Shown: piece after piece, positions 40,243-48,875 of the stretch
Layout: the number at the start of each line of letters is the position of its first letter
How positions within the stretch are numbered: the stretch's first letter is position 1
Assembly (NCBI GenBank): GCA_965214095.1
Contig: OZ243938.1
Location: 128,001 to 192,000 of the forward strand
Direction of reading: 5' to 3'
Origin: Candidatus Poribacteria bacterium
GTDB lineage: Bacteria > Poribacteria > WGA-4E > WGA-3G
DNA length: 64,000 nucleotides
Notes under the pieces: model-generated
Databases searched by the model: none
Seen by the model: the letters and a program-made list of their open reading frames with translations, nothing else
What the model was told of the DNA's origin: nothing
Position numbers and translations under genes: made by a program

Positions 40243-41409
40243 ATGACAAACTATCGCGTAGCAATACTCGGCTGTCGAAGTCGTGGCACATCCGCGGCAA
40301 AGGCATATCATGCACATCCCCGCACAGAGATTGTAGCACTTTGTGATCTCGTTCAGGACAGGTTAGATGCACTCGGAAAAATTGTCAATGTATCTACTCA
40401 TTTCACAGATTTGGATGAGATGATTACACAGACAAAGCCGGACATCGTTGCTATTCCCACAGCAACTGAAATGCACTATCCGCTCTGTATGCGTGTACTT
40501 GAACATGGCGTAAACATTGAAGTCGAAAAACCCTTATGTGCAGACTTAGTTCAAGCAGATGCAGTTATCGCAAAAGCGAAGCAGAAAAATGCACGTGTTG
40601 TTGTCCATCATCAAAGACGTGTAAGTCCTACAATACAAGCTGTTGCCAATTCCCTTGACGAAGGTAAAATTGGTGAATTGCGTTATATGTACGCATGTGG
40701 AAAAGGATATTATGCTGGCTACGGATTGATGAATATCGGCACACATGTAGTCAACAATATGCTCCGATTTGGTGGTCATTGCAAAAGTGTTGTTACCCAA
40801 GCGACAGCAGGCGGACGCGAACTTATACCTGAAGATGTCCTACAATCACCCGCAGGTATGGGGACAGTCACTGCAGAATACACTACCTCAACACTACAAT
40901 TTGATGGTAATGTAACTGGTACTCTCATTCAACAAAGGTTTCCTATCGTCAGTAGTGATGCGTACGTTTTAGAACTCTATGGAAGCGAAGGAAGATTGTT
41001 CTGGTCTGAATTGAAAGGAGCATGGTGGTTACCGACCCCTCACTTTGTTCCTGATGGCACACACGACAAATGGGAGAGACTCACGCCGATCTATCCTGAT
41101 CATTTTGATAGTGACAAAGGGGCAGATGCTGACGATTATTGCATGGTAGATGAATATGTTAATGCTTTGGACGAAAAGCGAGAACATGAATGCAGTGGCG
41201 AAGAAGGTCGTCATGTTATGGAGATTTTAATGGCAGTTTTTGAGTCTGCAGTTTATGGAACGCGTGTAAAATTACCGCAGCAGAATCGCGAACACCCCTT
41301 AATCCGATGGCGCGAAGAAAACGGTCTCGGTCCACTTAAAGAAATGCCACGTGATTACGGTTCATGGTTATCAATGGAAGACGAACGTTTATATGGACAA
41401 AATAAGTAG
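40243..41409 (+). CDS. Gfo/Idh/MocA family oxidoreductase
   Basis: RVAILGCRSRG Rossmann start, EKP motif, GTH. ATG 40243 follows GGAG and is preferred to TTG 40231. Confidence 0.9.
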   Translation: MTNYRVAILGCRSRGTSAAKAYHAHPRTEIVALCDLVQDRLDALGKIVNVSTHFTDLDEMITQTKPDIVAIPTATEMHYPLCMRVLEHGVNIEVEKPLCADLVQADAVIAKAKQKNARVVVHHQRRVSPTIQAVANSLDEGKIGELRYMYACGKGYYAGYGLMNIGTHVVNNMLRFGGHCKSVVTQATAGGRELIPEDVLQSPAGMGTVTAEYTTSTLQFDGNVTGTLIQQRFPIVSSDAYVLELYGSEGRLFWSELKGAWWLPTPHFVPDGTHDKWERLTPIYPDHFDSDKGADADDYCMVDEYVNALDEKREHECSGEEGRHVMEILMAVFESAVYGTRVKLPQQNREHPLIRWREENGLGPLKEMPRDYGSWLSMEDERLYGQNK

Positions 41410-41497
41410 TACATATTAACCCAGACTTTGTAGCCGCGCTTTTTAAGCACGCTAAACACTCACATATTATAGTTTAATTCTATAGCGAGAATATCTT

Positions 41498-42304
41498 ATG
41501 CCAAATCCAACGACAAATGCTGACAATTTACCACCTGTACCACTAACGGAAGACCAGCGATTTCTGTTTGATACACGAGGTTGGTTACTATTTCCCGGTG
41601 TGCTAAATGAAACGGAAACTAAAGAGATGCGTGAATTCTGTTATCAACTTAAACAGGATCCAGAATCTATACCAGCACACCATCGTTCATCTATCGGAGG
41701 ACCACTGGAAAAGTTGACTGATCATCCAGTCGTTCTCGGTTTTATGAATGAATTTCTAACATCTGGTTATGCCAATGATAATTGTTACGGTTTCCGCTTT
41801 GAAGGCACTTTCTTGACAATACGGGGGAATGGACACGATAACTTCCGACCTCACGGTGGACGAGGAATGCTAAACTTTCCCGGAAATTCACACACTTATC
41901 ATCTACACCATGATAAAGCACATAGTGGGTTGACCCGCGTTGTATGGGAACTCAACCCTGTAAAGGAAGGTGGTGGTGGAACGATGTTTCTAACGGGTAG
42001 CCATAAAGGGGCGTTTCCAGCTCCACAATCCACGGCAGACCGAAATTCACCGCTATGGGAGGATTATAGTTGTCCTGCAGGATCAGTTCTGATTTTCACT
42101 GAAGCAATTACACACACTGGGGCAAAATGGACTGATGAGGAATTAGACCGTGTGGCTATTTTCAACTGCTATAATACAGTTGGCAACAAATGGCACAGTT
42201 GGGAACCACATCCAATGCACCTTGAAGAGATGTCTTTCAAACGGAAAACACTATTCCGTCCGGTATATTGTCAAAACAATACCCCAACGTTAGATGCTGT
42301 CTAA
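41498..42304 (+). CDS. PhyH-like Fe(II)/2-oxoglutarate oxygenase, HxG variant
   Basis: Motifs QRFLFDTRGW, RPHGG, GGT..L.GSHK, PAGSVLIFTEAITH and R...F..Y. Confidence 0.8.
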   Translation: MPNPTTNADNLPPVPLTEDQRFLFDTRGWLLFPGVLNETETKEMREFCYQLKQDPESIPAHHRSSIGGPLEKLTDHPVVLGFMNEFLTSGYANDNCYGFRFEGTFLTIRGNGHDNFRPHGGRGMLNFPGNSHTYHLHHDKAHSGLTRVVWELNPVKEGGGGTMFLTGSHKGAFPAPQSTADRNSPLWEDYSCPAGSVLIFTEAITHTGAKWTDEELDRVAIFNCYNTVGNKWHSWEPHPMHLEEMSFKRKTLFRPVYCQNNTPTLDAV

Positions 42305-42345
42305 AACAGTAATGTACCATAACTCATCAACATAGAGAGTTTCTT

Positions 42346-43479
42346 ATGAAAATAACCAAAGTAAAAACATTTGTTTCCGCATCTGGACATTTTTTCGTCA
42401 AAGTGGAAACTGATGCCGGAATATACGGTGTCGGTGAAGGTGGTATTAGACGACGGGCAATCGCATTAGCTGAAGTAGTCCGTTCTTTTGATCCTATTCT
42501 CATCGGAACAGATCCGTTTCAGATTGAACACCTATGGCAAGTTATGTTCAGGGGTGGATTTTTCCCTGGTGGTGTTGTTCAATCCGCAGCAGTCAGTGCT
42601 GTTGACATCGCACTGTGGGACATCAAAGGAAAAGCACTAAATGTACCTGTCTATGAACTCTTAGGGGGACGAACAAGAGACAAAGTCGTCTGTTATCCAC
42701 ATAATGGTGGTGGAAATTTAGATGCACTTGTTGAAAGTTGTAAACAGACCTATGAAGCAGGATGGAAATTCGTCCGATGGGGTTTAGCTGATAGAACAGG
42801 TTCAGGCACTTATGAACCACGACGTGCTGTACAATTTGGATTGGAAGAGGTGCAAGCAGTTCGTGAAGCATTGGGAGAGGAAGTAAACATCCTCGTAGAT
42901 GTACATACACGTCTGGACCCTGCAGATAGCCTTGATTTTTGTTCCAAAGTTGAACAATACAATCCATTCTTTATTGAAGATCCTCTACGAAGTGAAAACA
43001 CTGCAAGTCTCAGAAGGTTGCGCCAACAAACATCTGTACCCATTGCGGTTGGTGAACAATATGACAGTAAATGGAAATTCAGGGAAGTTATTGAAGAAGA
43101 CCTATTGGATTATTGTCGTGTTGACCTATGTATTGCTGGTGGATTGACAGAAGCACGTAAGATCGCAGGATGGTGTGAAACGCATTACATTCATTTAGCA
43201 CCACATAATCCACTCGGACCCGTTTCTACCGCAGCCTGTCTACAACTTTGTTTAGCATCATCACTTGTAGGTGTGCAGGAACTTCCTCGCGCCCCCATGT
43301 CTTCTCTTACCGATGTCTTTCCCGTTCAAGTGCCTTTTGAATCTGGTTACCTATTACCTCCAGAATCCCCTGGACTCGGCATTGAATTCAACGAGGACGC
43401 ACTTACTAATGTATCAACATTAGATTTCAGTCCTCCACACGGCTATCAAAGAGAGGATGGTTCTTATACAAATTGGTAA
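42346..43479 (+). CDS. Mandelate racemase/enolase superfamily enzyme (galactonate dehydratase-like)
   Basis: SAVDIALWDIKGK signature plus DVHTR, FIEDP, VGEQ and APHNP motifs. Confidence 0.9.
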   Translation: MKITKVKTFVSASGHFFVKVETDAGIYGVGEGGIRRRAIALAEVVRSFDPILIGTDPFQIEHLWQVMFRGGFFPGGVVQSAAVSAVDIALWDIKGKALNVPVYELLGGRTRDKVVCYPHNGGGNLDALVESCKQTYEAGWKFVRWGLADRTGSGTYEPRRAVQFGLEEVQAVREALGEEVNILVDVHTRLDPADSLDFCSKVEQYNPFFIEDPLRSENTASLRRLRQQTSVPIAVGEQYDSKWKFREVIEEDLLDYCRVDLCIAGGLTEARKIAGWCETHYIHLAPHNPLGPVSTAACLQLCLASSLVGVQELPRAPMSSLTDVFPVQVPFESGYLLPPESPGLGIEFNEDALTNVSTLDFSPPHGYQREDGSYTNW

Positions 43480-43548
43480 AAAATTTAGGTCAACATTGAA
43501 CTTTTTGTAAACGACTATTCGTACAACATATTTTAATGGAGAAAATAA

Positions 43549-44739
43549 ATGACAACAACAGATATTAAAGAAATGGCAACGGAATATATTATTAACACTT
43601 ATGGAGACAGAAGTCTTGCCTTCGTCAAAGGTGAAGGTCCCTATCTATGGGATGCAGAAGGTAAGAAATATCTCGATTTCTTAGGTGGCTTAGCAGTTAA
43701 CGGATTAGGGCATGCACATCCAAAGGTTGTTGCAGCAATACGCGAGCAAGCAGGAAATATCCTCCACACCTCCAACCTATATTACATACAACCACAAGCA
43801 GAATTAGCAAAACTACTCATTGATAATTCTGATATGGATCAATGTTTCTTCTGTAATAGTGGTGCTGAGGCGAATGAAGCGGCGATCAAATTGGCACGGA
43901 AATATACGAAAGACAAGGGTAGAACAGATGCCTACGAAATCATTACAATGGACAATTCGTTTCACGGACGAACAATGGCTACCATTACTGCCACTGCACA
44001 GACAAAATATCACGTTGGATTTGAACCGATGCTTGAAGGTTTCACCTACGTTCCTTTTGATGATTTAGAAGCAACGGAATCTGCAATTAACGACAAAATC
44101 TGCGCTATCTTAGTAGAACCGATCCAGTCAGAGGGTGGGGTTAATATCCCAAGTGATGGATATCTACACGGATTACGTGAACTCTGTGATAAAAATAACC
44201 TGCTGCTGATATTTGACGAAGTCCAAACAGCGATGGGAAGATTAGGGACATTTTTCGGTTACCAGAGTTACGGTGTAGTACCTGACGTAATTACCATGGC
44301 AAAAGCACTCGGAAGTGGAGTTCCTATCGGGGTAATGTTAGCCAAACGCGATGTTGCAGAGAGTTTCGTTCCTGGCACACACGCAGCTACTTTTGGTGGA
44401 AATTTCTTATCCTCTGCCGCAGCAGTTGCGACAGTAAGAACTATATTAGATGAGAACCTTGCAGTAAATGCCGTGAAAATGGGGAACTATCTCGCAGGTG
44501 GTCTCATGGAACTCAAAGATAAGTATCCGATAAAAGAGGTGCGTGGGAAAGGATTGCTACGTGGTCTTGTAATGGAAGAGGACGCAAAACCACTCGCAGC
44601 GAAATGCATTGAAAATGGCTTAGTAACAATATGTACCAACGATTATGTCCTCCGTTTTCTACCGCCTCTTAATATCAACAATTCACATGTTGAGGAAGCA
44701 GTGAATCTCGTTGAAAAATCCATGTCTGAGGTCTACTAA
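43549..44739 (+). CDS. argD: Acetylornithine aminotransferase (class III PLP)
   Basis: Motifs YLDFLGGLAVN.LGH, HTSNLY, NSGAEANEAAIKLAR, SFHGRT, DEVQT, AKALG and LRFLPPL. Confidence 0.9.
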   Translation: MTTTDIKEMATEYIINTYGDRSLAFVKGEGPYLWDAEGKKYLDFLGGLAVNGLGHAHPKVVAAIREQAGNILHTSNLYYIQPQAELAKLLIDNSDMDQCFFCNSGAEANEAAIKLARKYTKDKGRTDAYEIITMDNSFHGRTMATITATAQTKYHVGFEPMLEGFTYVPFDDLEATESAINDKICAILVEPIQSEGGVNIPSDGYLHGLRELCDKNNLLLIFDEVQTAMGRLGTFFGYQSYGVVPDVITMAKALGSGVPIGVMLAKRDVAESFVPGTHAATFGGNFLSSAAAVATVRTILDENLAVNAVKMGNYLAGGLMELKDKYPIKEVRGKGLLRGLVMEEDAKPLAAKCIENGLVTICTNDYVLRFLPPLNINNSHVEEAVNLVEKSMSEVY

Positions 44740-44940
44740 GTCAATAACCCCGTGCTAAAGCATCGGGGCTTGTGCGAAGCGCATGCCAAGCGTTCACTCC
44801 ACAAGTTAAACTATTTTCTACAGTCATATATCGGGTGTTCTGAACGTGGCAGTCCAATGTATGTTTCGGATGCTCCCCAAGTCCGATTCCTCTACGAATA
44901 CCCGATCTGGATGGGGCAATATATACTCTTCGGAGGTTTA
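44740..44940 (+). ncRNA. omega RNA (HEARO-like) scaffold of IsrB
   Basis: Lies upstream of the PLMP ORF. Helices are CCCCG/CGGGG, CTTGTG/CACAAG, ATCGGGTGTTC/GAATACCCGAT and TCGGA/TCCGA, whose loop CCCCA is complementary to a downstream TGGGG (pseudoknot). It ends with a CTC-TTCG-GAG hairpin. Confidence 0.75.
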
Positions 44941-44943
44941 CAC

Positions 44944-45951
44944 ATCTTAGTTCCAGTAGTAGACAAAAATCAACACCCTCTCATGCCTACAAAACCCTCA
45001 CGGGCGAGGCGTTGGATACAAACAGGGAAAGCGACACCCTTTTGGAATAATGGTATATTTTGCGTCCGACTCAATGTTGATCCATCAGACACTGAACTCC
45101 AAGACATAGTGGTTGGTGTGGATCCTGGTAGTAAGAAAGAAGGCTTTAGTGTGAAATCAGAGAAAAGGACTTATCTGAATGTGCAAGCGGACGCACATAA
45201 CAAGGTTGGTAAAAAGGTTGAAAAAAGACGTGAACTTCGTAGATGTAGGCGTTCACGGAAGTGTCCTAATCGGAAAAATAGGACAAACAAACTTGCTAAC
45301 AGAGAACGTCTACCTGCTGGCACGCGTGCGAGATGGGATTGGAAGTTAAGGGTACTTAATTGGTTATCTAAACTCTATCCTATTAGTCATGTATGTGTAG
45401 AAGACATCAAAGCACGGACTATCAAACGCGCTAAAAAGTGGAATCAATCTTTTAGTCCATTGGAAGTTGGTAAGCAGTGGTTCTATACTGAAATCAAGAA
45501 GCGATGGCACCTGCTAACACTCCAAGGATACGAAACAAAGGAAATCCGTGATAGGCTTGGGTTGAAAAAGTCTAAACAGAAGTTAGCAGAAACCTTTGAC
45601 ACACATTGTGTGGATAGTTGGTGTCTTGCTTATCATACTGTCGGCGGTGATAGCATACCAGATACGACAGATATATTCTGTATATCACCCATACCGATAG
45701 CCAGACGCAATCTACACAGAGAACAACCGAAAAAAGGGGGTATCCGTTCACGATATGGTGGCACTTTGCTAAAAGAAGGATTGGTCAAGAACACACTTGT
45801 CAAGCATATCAAATATGGATTGACAAGATTAGCAGGTGTCAACGCAAAAGGATTGTTTTCAATCTATAGCATTGATGGGGAACGATTGACAACGGGTGCA
45901 AAACAAAGAGATTTCAAGGTGTTAACTAAACTAAACTTTCAATATAGATAG
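44944..45951 (+). CDS. isrB: IsrB RNA-guided nickase (RRXRR family; IscB relative lacking HNH)
   Basis: VPVVD...PLMPT, RuvC-I VGVDPG, Arg-rich bridge helix RRELRRCRRSR, RuvC-II VEDIK, RuvC-III HCVD, no HNH/CxxC insert, about 335 aa. The start is uncertain: ATC 44944 sits 7 nt after GGAGG, and the nearest in-frame ATG is 44911. Confidence 0.85.
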   Translation: MLVPVVDKNQHPLMPTKPSRARRWIQTGKATPFWNNGIFCVRLNVDPSDTELQDIVVGVDPGSKKEGFSVKSEKRTYLNVQADAHNKVGKKVEKRRELRRCRRSRKCPNRKNRTNKLANRERLPAGTRARWDWKLRVLNWLSKLYPISHVCVEDIKARTIKRAKKWNQSFSPLEVGKQWFYTEIKKRWHLLTLQGYETKEIRDRLGLKKSKQKLAETFDTHCVDSWCLAYHTVGGDSIPDTTDIFCISPIPIARRNLHREQPKKGGIRSRYGGTLLKEGLVKNTLVKHIKYGLTRLAGVNAKGLFSIYSIDGERLTTGAKQRDFKVLTKLNFQYR

Positions 45952-46005
45952 GAACGGGCATTTCTCCCCGTGCTAAAGCAGCGGGGTCTCCTGCCCGATG
46001 ATTAG

Positions 46006-46866
46006 ATGAGAAACCATCAGAATAATGGAATTCTAATTTTGTTAGGTATTTCGTTCTTATGTATATGTACATTCAATCTTGGTTGCAGTATAAAGAATAC
46101 AAACGTCAGATGGTCCCCTATGGAAATGTCCGACTTTGAACCACATTTAGCAACACTACAAGCACGATATGACCTAACTGAAACGTTAAAATCCACTAAG
46201 ATGATGGTAACTATTCAGGAAGCTGACAATAGTCCTGAAGAACTCCGCGAACTGTTATGGTATAAAAAGACTTCAGATGGTGGGGAACTACTCAGAATCA
46301 ATGTATTAGGAGCATTCAACGATACCAAGGGATTAGCAATCGCAAATAAAGAAAAATTCCTTTTAACGCTCCTTGATGAACAAAAAACATACATCGGTGA
46401 ATTAAACGATGGAATATTAAGAGAGATCTTTGGTGTAGACCTACGTGTTTCAGACGTTCTTAGTGCTATCTTTGCCAATCCTTTTCTTGATGGACGAAAT
46501 GCATCATTAGAGTTAGAGAAATACGGAAAAATAATCCGTGTCACTAGACCGGGGGTTGGAACCGATTACAAAGAGACCATTTTGCTCAAAGTTCAAGAAG
46601 ATGAACCACACGTAACAGAATGGAAAATTGAGAACGAAAACGGGGTACTACAACAAGTTACATTTGCTGATTATAGAGATGTTGATGGTATCTTACGGGC
46701 TAACAAGGTTGAAATAATCCGGCCACCAGAACAGACACGTGTCGTTGTCAGAATAGAACAAGTTCAGCATCACATAGATATAAAAGACAGCAAATTTAAC
46801 TTAGACCCATTCTTATCCGACGATTTTGAGATTATAACCATTTCAAATGAAGACGAACCAGAATGA
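46006..46866 (+). CDS. Putative lipoprotein, LolA/LolB-like or DUF4292-like
   Basis: Hydrophobic N terminus with LGC lipobox, beta-rich body, and V.FADYRDVDG.L....V.I motif. It overlaps the ispE start (ATGA). Confidence 0.55.
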   Translation: MRNHQNNGILILLGISFLCICTFNLGCSIKNTNVRWSPMEMSDFEPHLATLQARYDLTETLKSTKMMVTIQEADNSPEELRELLWYKKTSDGGELLRINVLGAFNDTKGLAIANKEKFLLTLLDEQKTYIGELNDGILREIFGVDLRVSDVLSAIFANPFLDGRNASLELEKYGKIIRVTRPGVGTDYKETILLKVQEDEPHVTEWKIENENGVLQQVTFADYRDVDGILRANKVEIIRPPEQTRVVVRIEQVQHHIDIKDSKFNLDPFLSDDFEIITISNEDEPE

Positions 46867-47744
46867 ATAAACTGAAGGAACTTAGACTTCGTGCCTATGC
46901 AAAAATCAACCTATATCTGGATGTACTAAGTAAGCGCGAGGACGGATACCACAACATTGAAACGGTTTTTCATTCAATTGGTTTGCACGACGAGGTAATT
47001 CTACGCGAACGATCAAAAACAGGTATTACCATCTCATGCAATCACCCTGATGTCCCTAACGATTCAACAAACATTGCATTTCGTGCAGCAGAATTTATAC
47101 GCGATGTAGTTGGTGGGATAGGAGGATTAGAGATACAGATAAACAAGCGAATACCTGTTGCCGCAGGGCTTGCAGGGGGAAGTGCAGATGCTGCCGCTGT
47201 CCTATACGGAGTAAATGAATTATTCCAATTGGGATTATCTTATCAAAAGTTGTTAGAAATAGGTGCAAAATTAGGGGCTGATGTTCCTTTCTGTCTAAAC
47301 GGTGGCGCAGCTTTTGGAACAGGCATTGGAGATATTCTAACACCCTTATCACCGCTCGTTGATCTGCCTCTTCTTCTCATTAACCCTGGTATAACTATCT
47401 CAACTGCAGACATATTCAATAATTTGCATATTCCCTTGACAAAACGAGAAAATGGAAGTATAATTATCAGGAAATATGTTGAAAAGGCTGATATGTTTGG
47501 TGTTGCGAACTACTTGTATAATGTTTTGGAACCACAAGTGTTTCACATACACCCTGAATTAGCGAATTTGAAAACCCAGTTATCTACGCAGACTGGTTGC
47601 TGTGGTGCATTGATGTCAGGTAGTGGTGCTACAATATTTGCAATCATGCGTGACATTGAAACTGCACAACGATGCAGGTCACACTTCAAAAACATTGTCA
47701 GTTTTTGCACGATTACTACTACCAATCCAATTGGGGTTGAGTAA
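46863..47744 (+). CDS. ispE: 4-diphosphocytidyl-2-C-methyl-D-erythritol kinase
   Basis: Motifs AKINLYL, DGYH, KRIPVAAGLAGGSADAA, LGADVPF and MSGSG. Confidence 0.97.
   Translation: MNKLKELRLRAYAKINLYLDVLSKREDGYHNIETVFHSIGLHDEVILRERSKTGITISCNHPDVPNDSTNIAFRAAEFIRDVVGGIGGLEIQINKRIPVAAGLAGGSADAAAVLYGVNELFQLGLSYQKLLEIGAKLGADVPFCLNGGAAFGTGIGDILTPLSPLVDLPLLLINPGITISTADIFNNLHIPLTKRENGSIIIRKYVEKADMFGVANYLYNVLEPQVFHIHPELANLKTQLSTQTGCCGALMSGSGATIFAIMRDIETAQRCRSHFKNIVSFCTITTTNPIGVE
47436..47464 (+). promoter_or_regulatory. Consensus sigma70 promoter inside the ispE coding sequence
   Basis: Exact TTGACA-N17-TATAAT. Confidence 0.75.
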
Positions 47745-47769
47745 CAGTATCTAAATATCTATATATTTC

Positions 47770-47798
47770 TTGATAACTTTGTTGATATATGTTACAAT
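47770..47798 (+). promoter_or_regulatory. sigma70 promoter upstream of structured leader and tRNA-Gln
   Basis: TTGATA-N17-TACAAT with an extended -10 TG. Confidence 0.65.
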
Positions 47799-47806
47799 AA
47801 TGAGAC

Positions 47807-48025
47807 ATTGTTTGCGGTATTTTTAGGCGATAACCAAGCCTATTTTATCAAAAACCACGATAAAACAGGATATTCGCAAACAATTAAGCGCATTTCTGAT
47901 AATTCAGAAGTGCTTTGGGAGATAGCCCTTGGTTGCTTTTTAAGCAATCTGCAAACCGTCTAAGAAGTGAAATGCATAGCATGGCGCGGAAATGGACGGG
48001 TTAATACTATCAGTTCGTATTGATA
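47807..48025 (+). ncRNA. Candidate structured RNA of unknown family
   Basis: Consecutive and nested helices visible by eye (listed in findings); no long ORF. Confidence 0.4.
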
Positions 48026-48030
48026 ATTGA

Positions 48031-48102
48031 AGGGCGGTGGCCAAGCGGTAAGGCACAGGTCTTTGGAATCTGCATGCGTAGGTTCGAATCCTACCCGCCC
48101 TG
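48031..48102 (+). tRNA. tRNA-Gln(UUG), CCA not encoded
   Basis: Acceptor AGGGCGG/CCGCCCT, D-arm GCC..GGC, anticodon arm CAGGT-CTTTGGA-ATCTG, T-arm GTAGG-TTCGAAT-CCTAC, discriminator G. Confidence 0.97.
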
Positions 48103-48135
48103 TTTATATTTCACAAAAAGGTTTAAAAGAACAAA

Positions 48136-48867
48136 ATGCAACAAGCAAATTTAGAAGTTCAACAAAGAGACACTTTTGGAAAACAGAGCGCGCGAGCAAT
48201 ACGACGTGCTGGTGATATACCCGCAGTTGTTTATGGTCGTAAACAGGAAACAATCCCGTTAAAAATTAATGAACGCGCATTGAAAAAGTTCCTACGCGCC
48301 TATGGTGAGAACGTCATCATTAACATTGAAGTAACTGAAGGCAATTCAGAGCCAGTTGTCATTAAAGAAATACAACGTGATCCTGTTGAGAAACAGATGC
48401 TACTTCATGCCGATTTTATACGCATTTCTTTAGATGAACCTGTTACCTCTTCTGTTCCAATAATATTAGTCGGCACACCTATTGGTCTGCAAGAGGGTGG
48501 TGTTATTGAATTCCCACTCCGTGTACTCACTCTTAATTGTTTACCTGCTATAATGCCTAACGAAATCACTGTTGATGTTACTAATATGGATATTGGTGAT
48601 ATAATCTATGTTCAAGATATTGAACTTGATGAGGAAATTGAGCTATTAGATGAACTTCAACGTATGATCGTGTCTGTAAGCCAACCACGCGTAATTGTGG
48701 AAGAAGTTGTTGAGGTAGAAGAAGGTGAGGAAGGCGAAGAAGGTGAGGAAGGTGAAGAAGGTGAAGAACGCGCAGAAGGTGAAGATACTAAATCTGATGA
48801 TGCCGAAGAAGAACGGACTGAACCTGAGCTAATTTCACGCAGGCGACGTAAAGACGACGATGAATAG
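48136..48867 (+). CDS. rplY: 50S ribosomal protein bL25/Ctc with acidic tail
   Basis: GK..AR.IRR.G.IPAVVYG and KEIQRDPV...LHADF motifs, Ctc beta domain, and (EEG)n tail from a 9-bp repeat. Confidence 0.95.
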   Translation: MQQANLEVQQRDTFGKQSARAIRRAGDIPAVVYGRKQETIPLKINERALKKFLRAYGENVIINIEVTEGNSEPVVIKEIQRDPVEKQMLLHADFIRISLDEPVTSSVPIILVGTPIGLQEGGVIEFPLRVLTLNCLPAIMPNEITVDVTNMDIGDIIYVQDIELDEEIELLDELQRMIVSVSQPRVIVEEVVEVEEGEEGEEGEEGEEGEERAEGEDTKSDDAEEERTEPELISRRRRKDDDE

Positions 48868-48875
48868 TTTAAAAT

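Larger units (their letters stand above)
44740..46005 (+). mobile_element. Non-autonomous IS200/IS605-family OMEGA element (isrB type, no tnpA)
   Basis: Begins GTCAA. Both ends carry nearly the same subterminal hairpin CCCCGTGCTAAAGCA(T/G)CGGGG (about 44748-44768 and 45966-45986). It is followed by ATGA at 46006. The right boundary is inferred. Confidence 0.85.

Noticed and set aside
44752-44943. N-terminal 64 aa of the 399-aa ORF in the track
   Set aside because: It is a read-through of the omega RNA and IS end; family homology starts at LVPVVD.
44944-45951. Cas9, IscB or TnpB assignment
   Set aside because: There is no HNH domain, no C-terminal zinc finger and no array. PLMP plus split RuvC at about 335 aa fits IsrB.
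36380-48102. Integrated prophage or plasmid bounded by the primase-like gene and tRNA-Gln
   Set aside because: There is no integrase, structural gene or duplicated tRNA 3' end, and the intervening genes are ordinary chromosomal ones.
48027-48215. 62-aa ORF
   Set aside because: It overlaps tRNA-Gln and the start of rplY.
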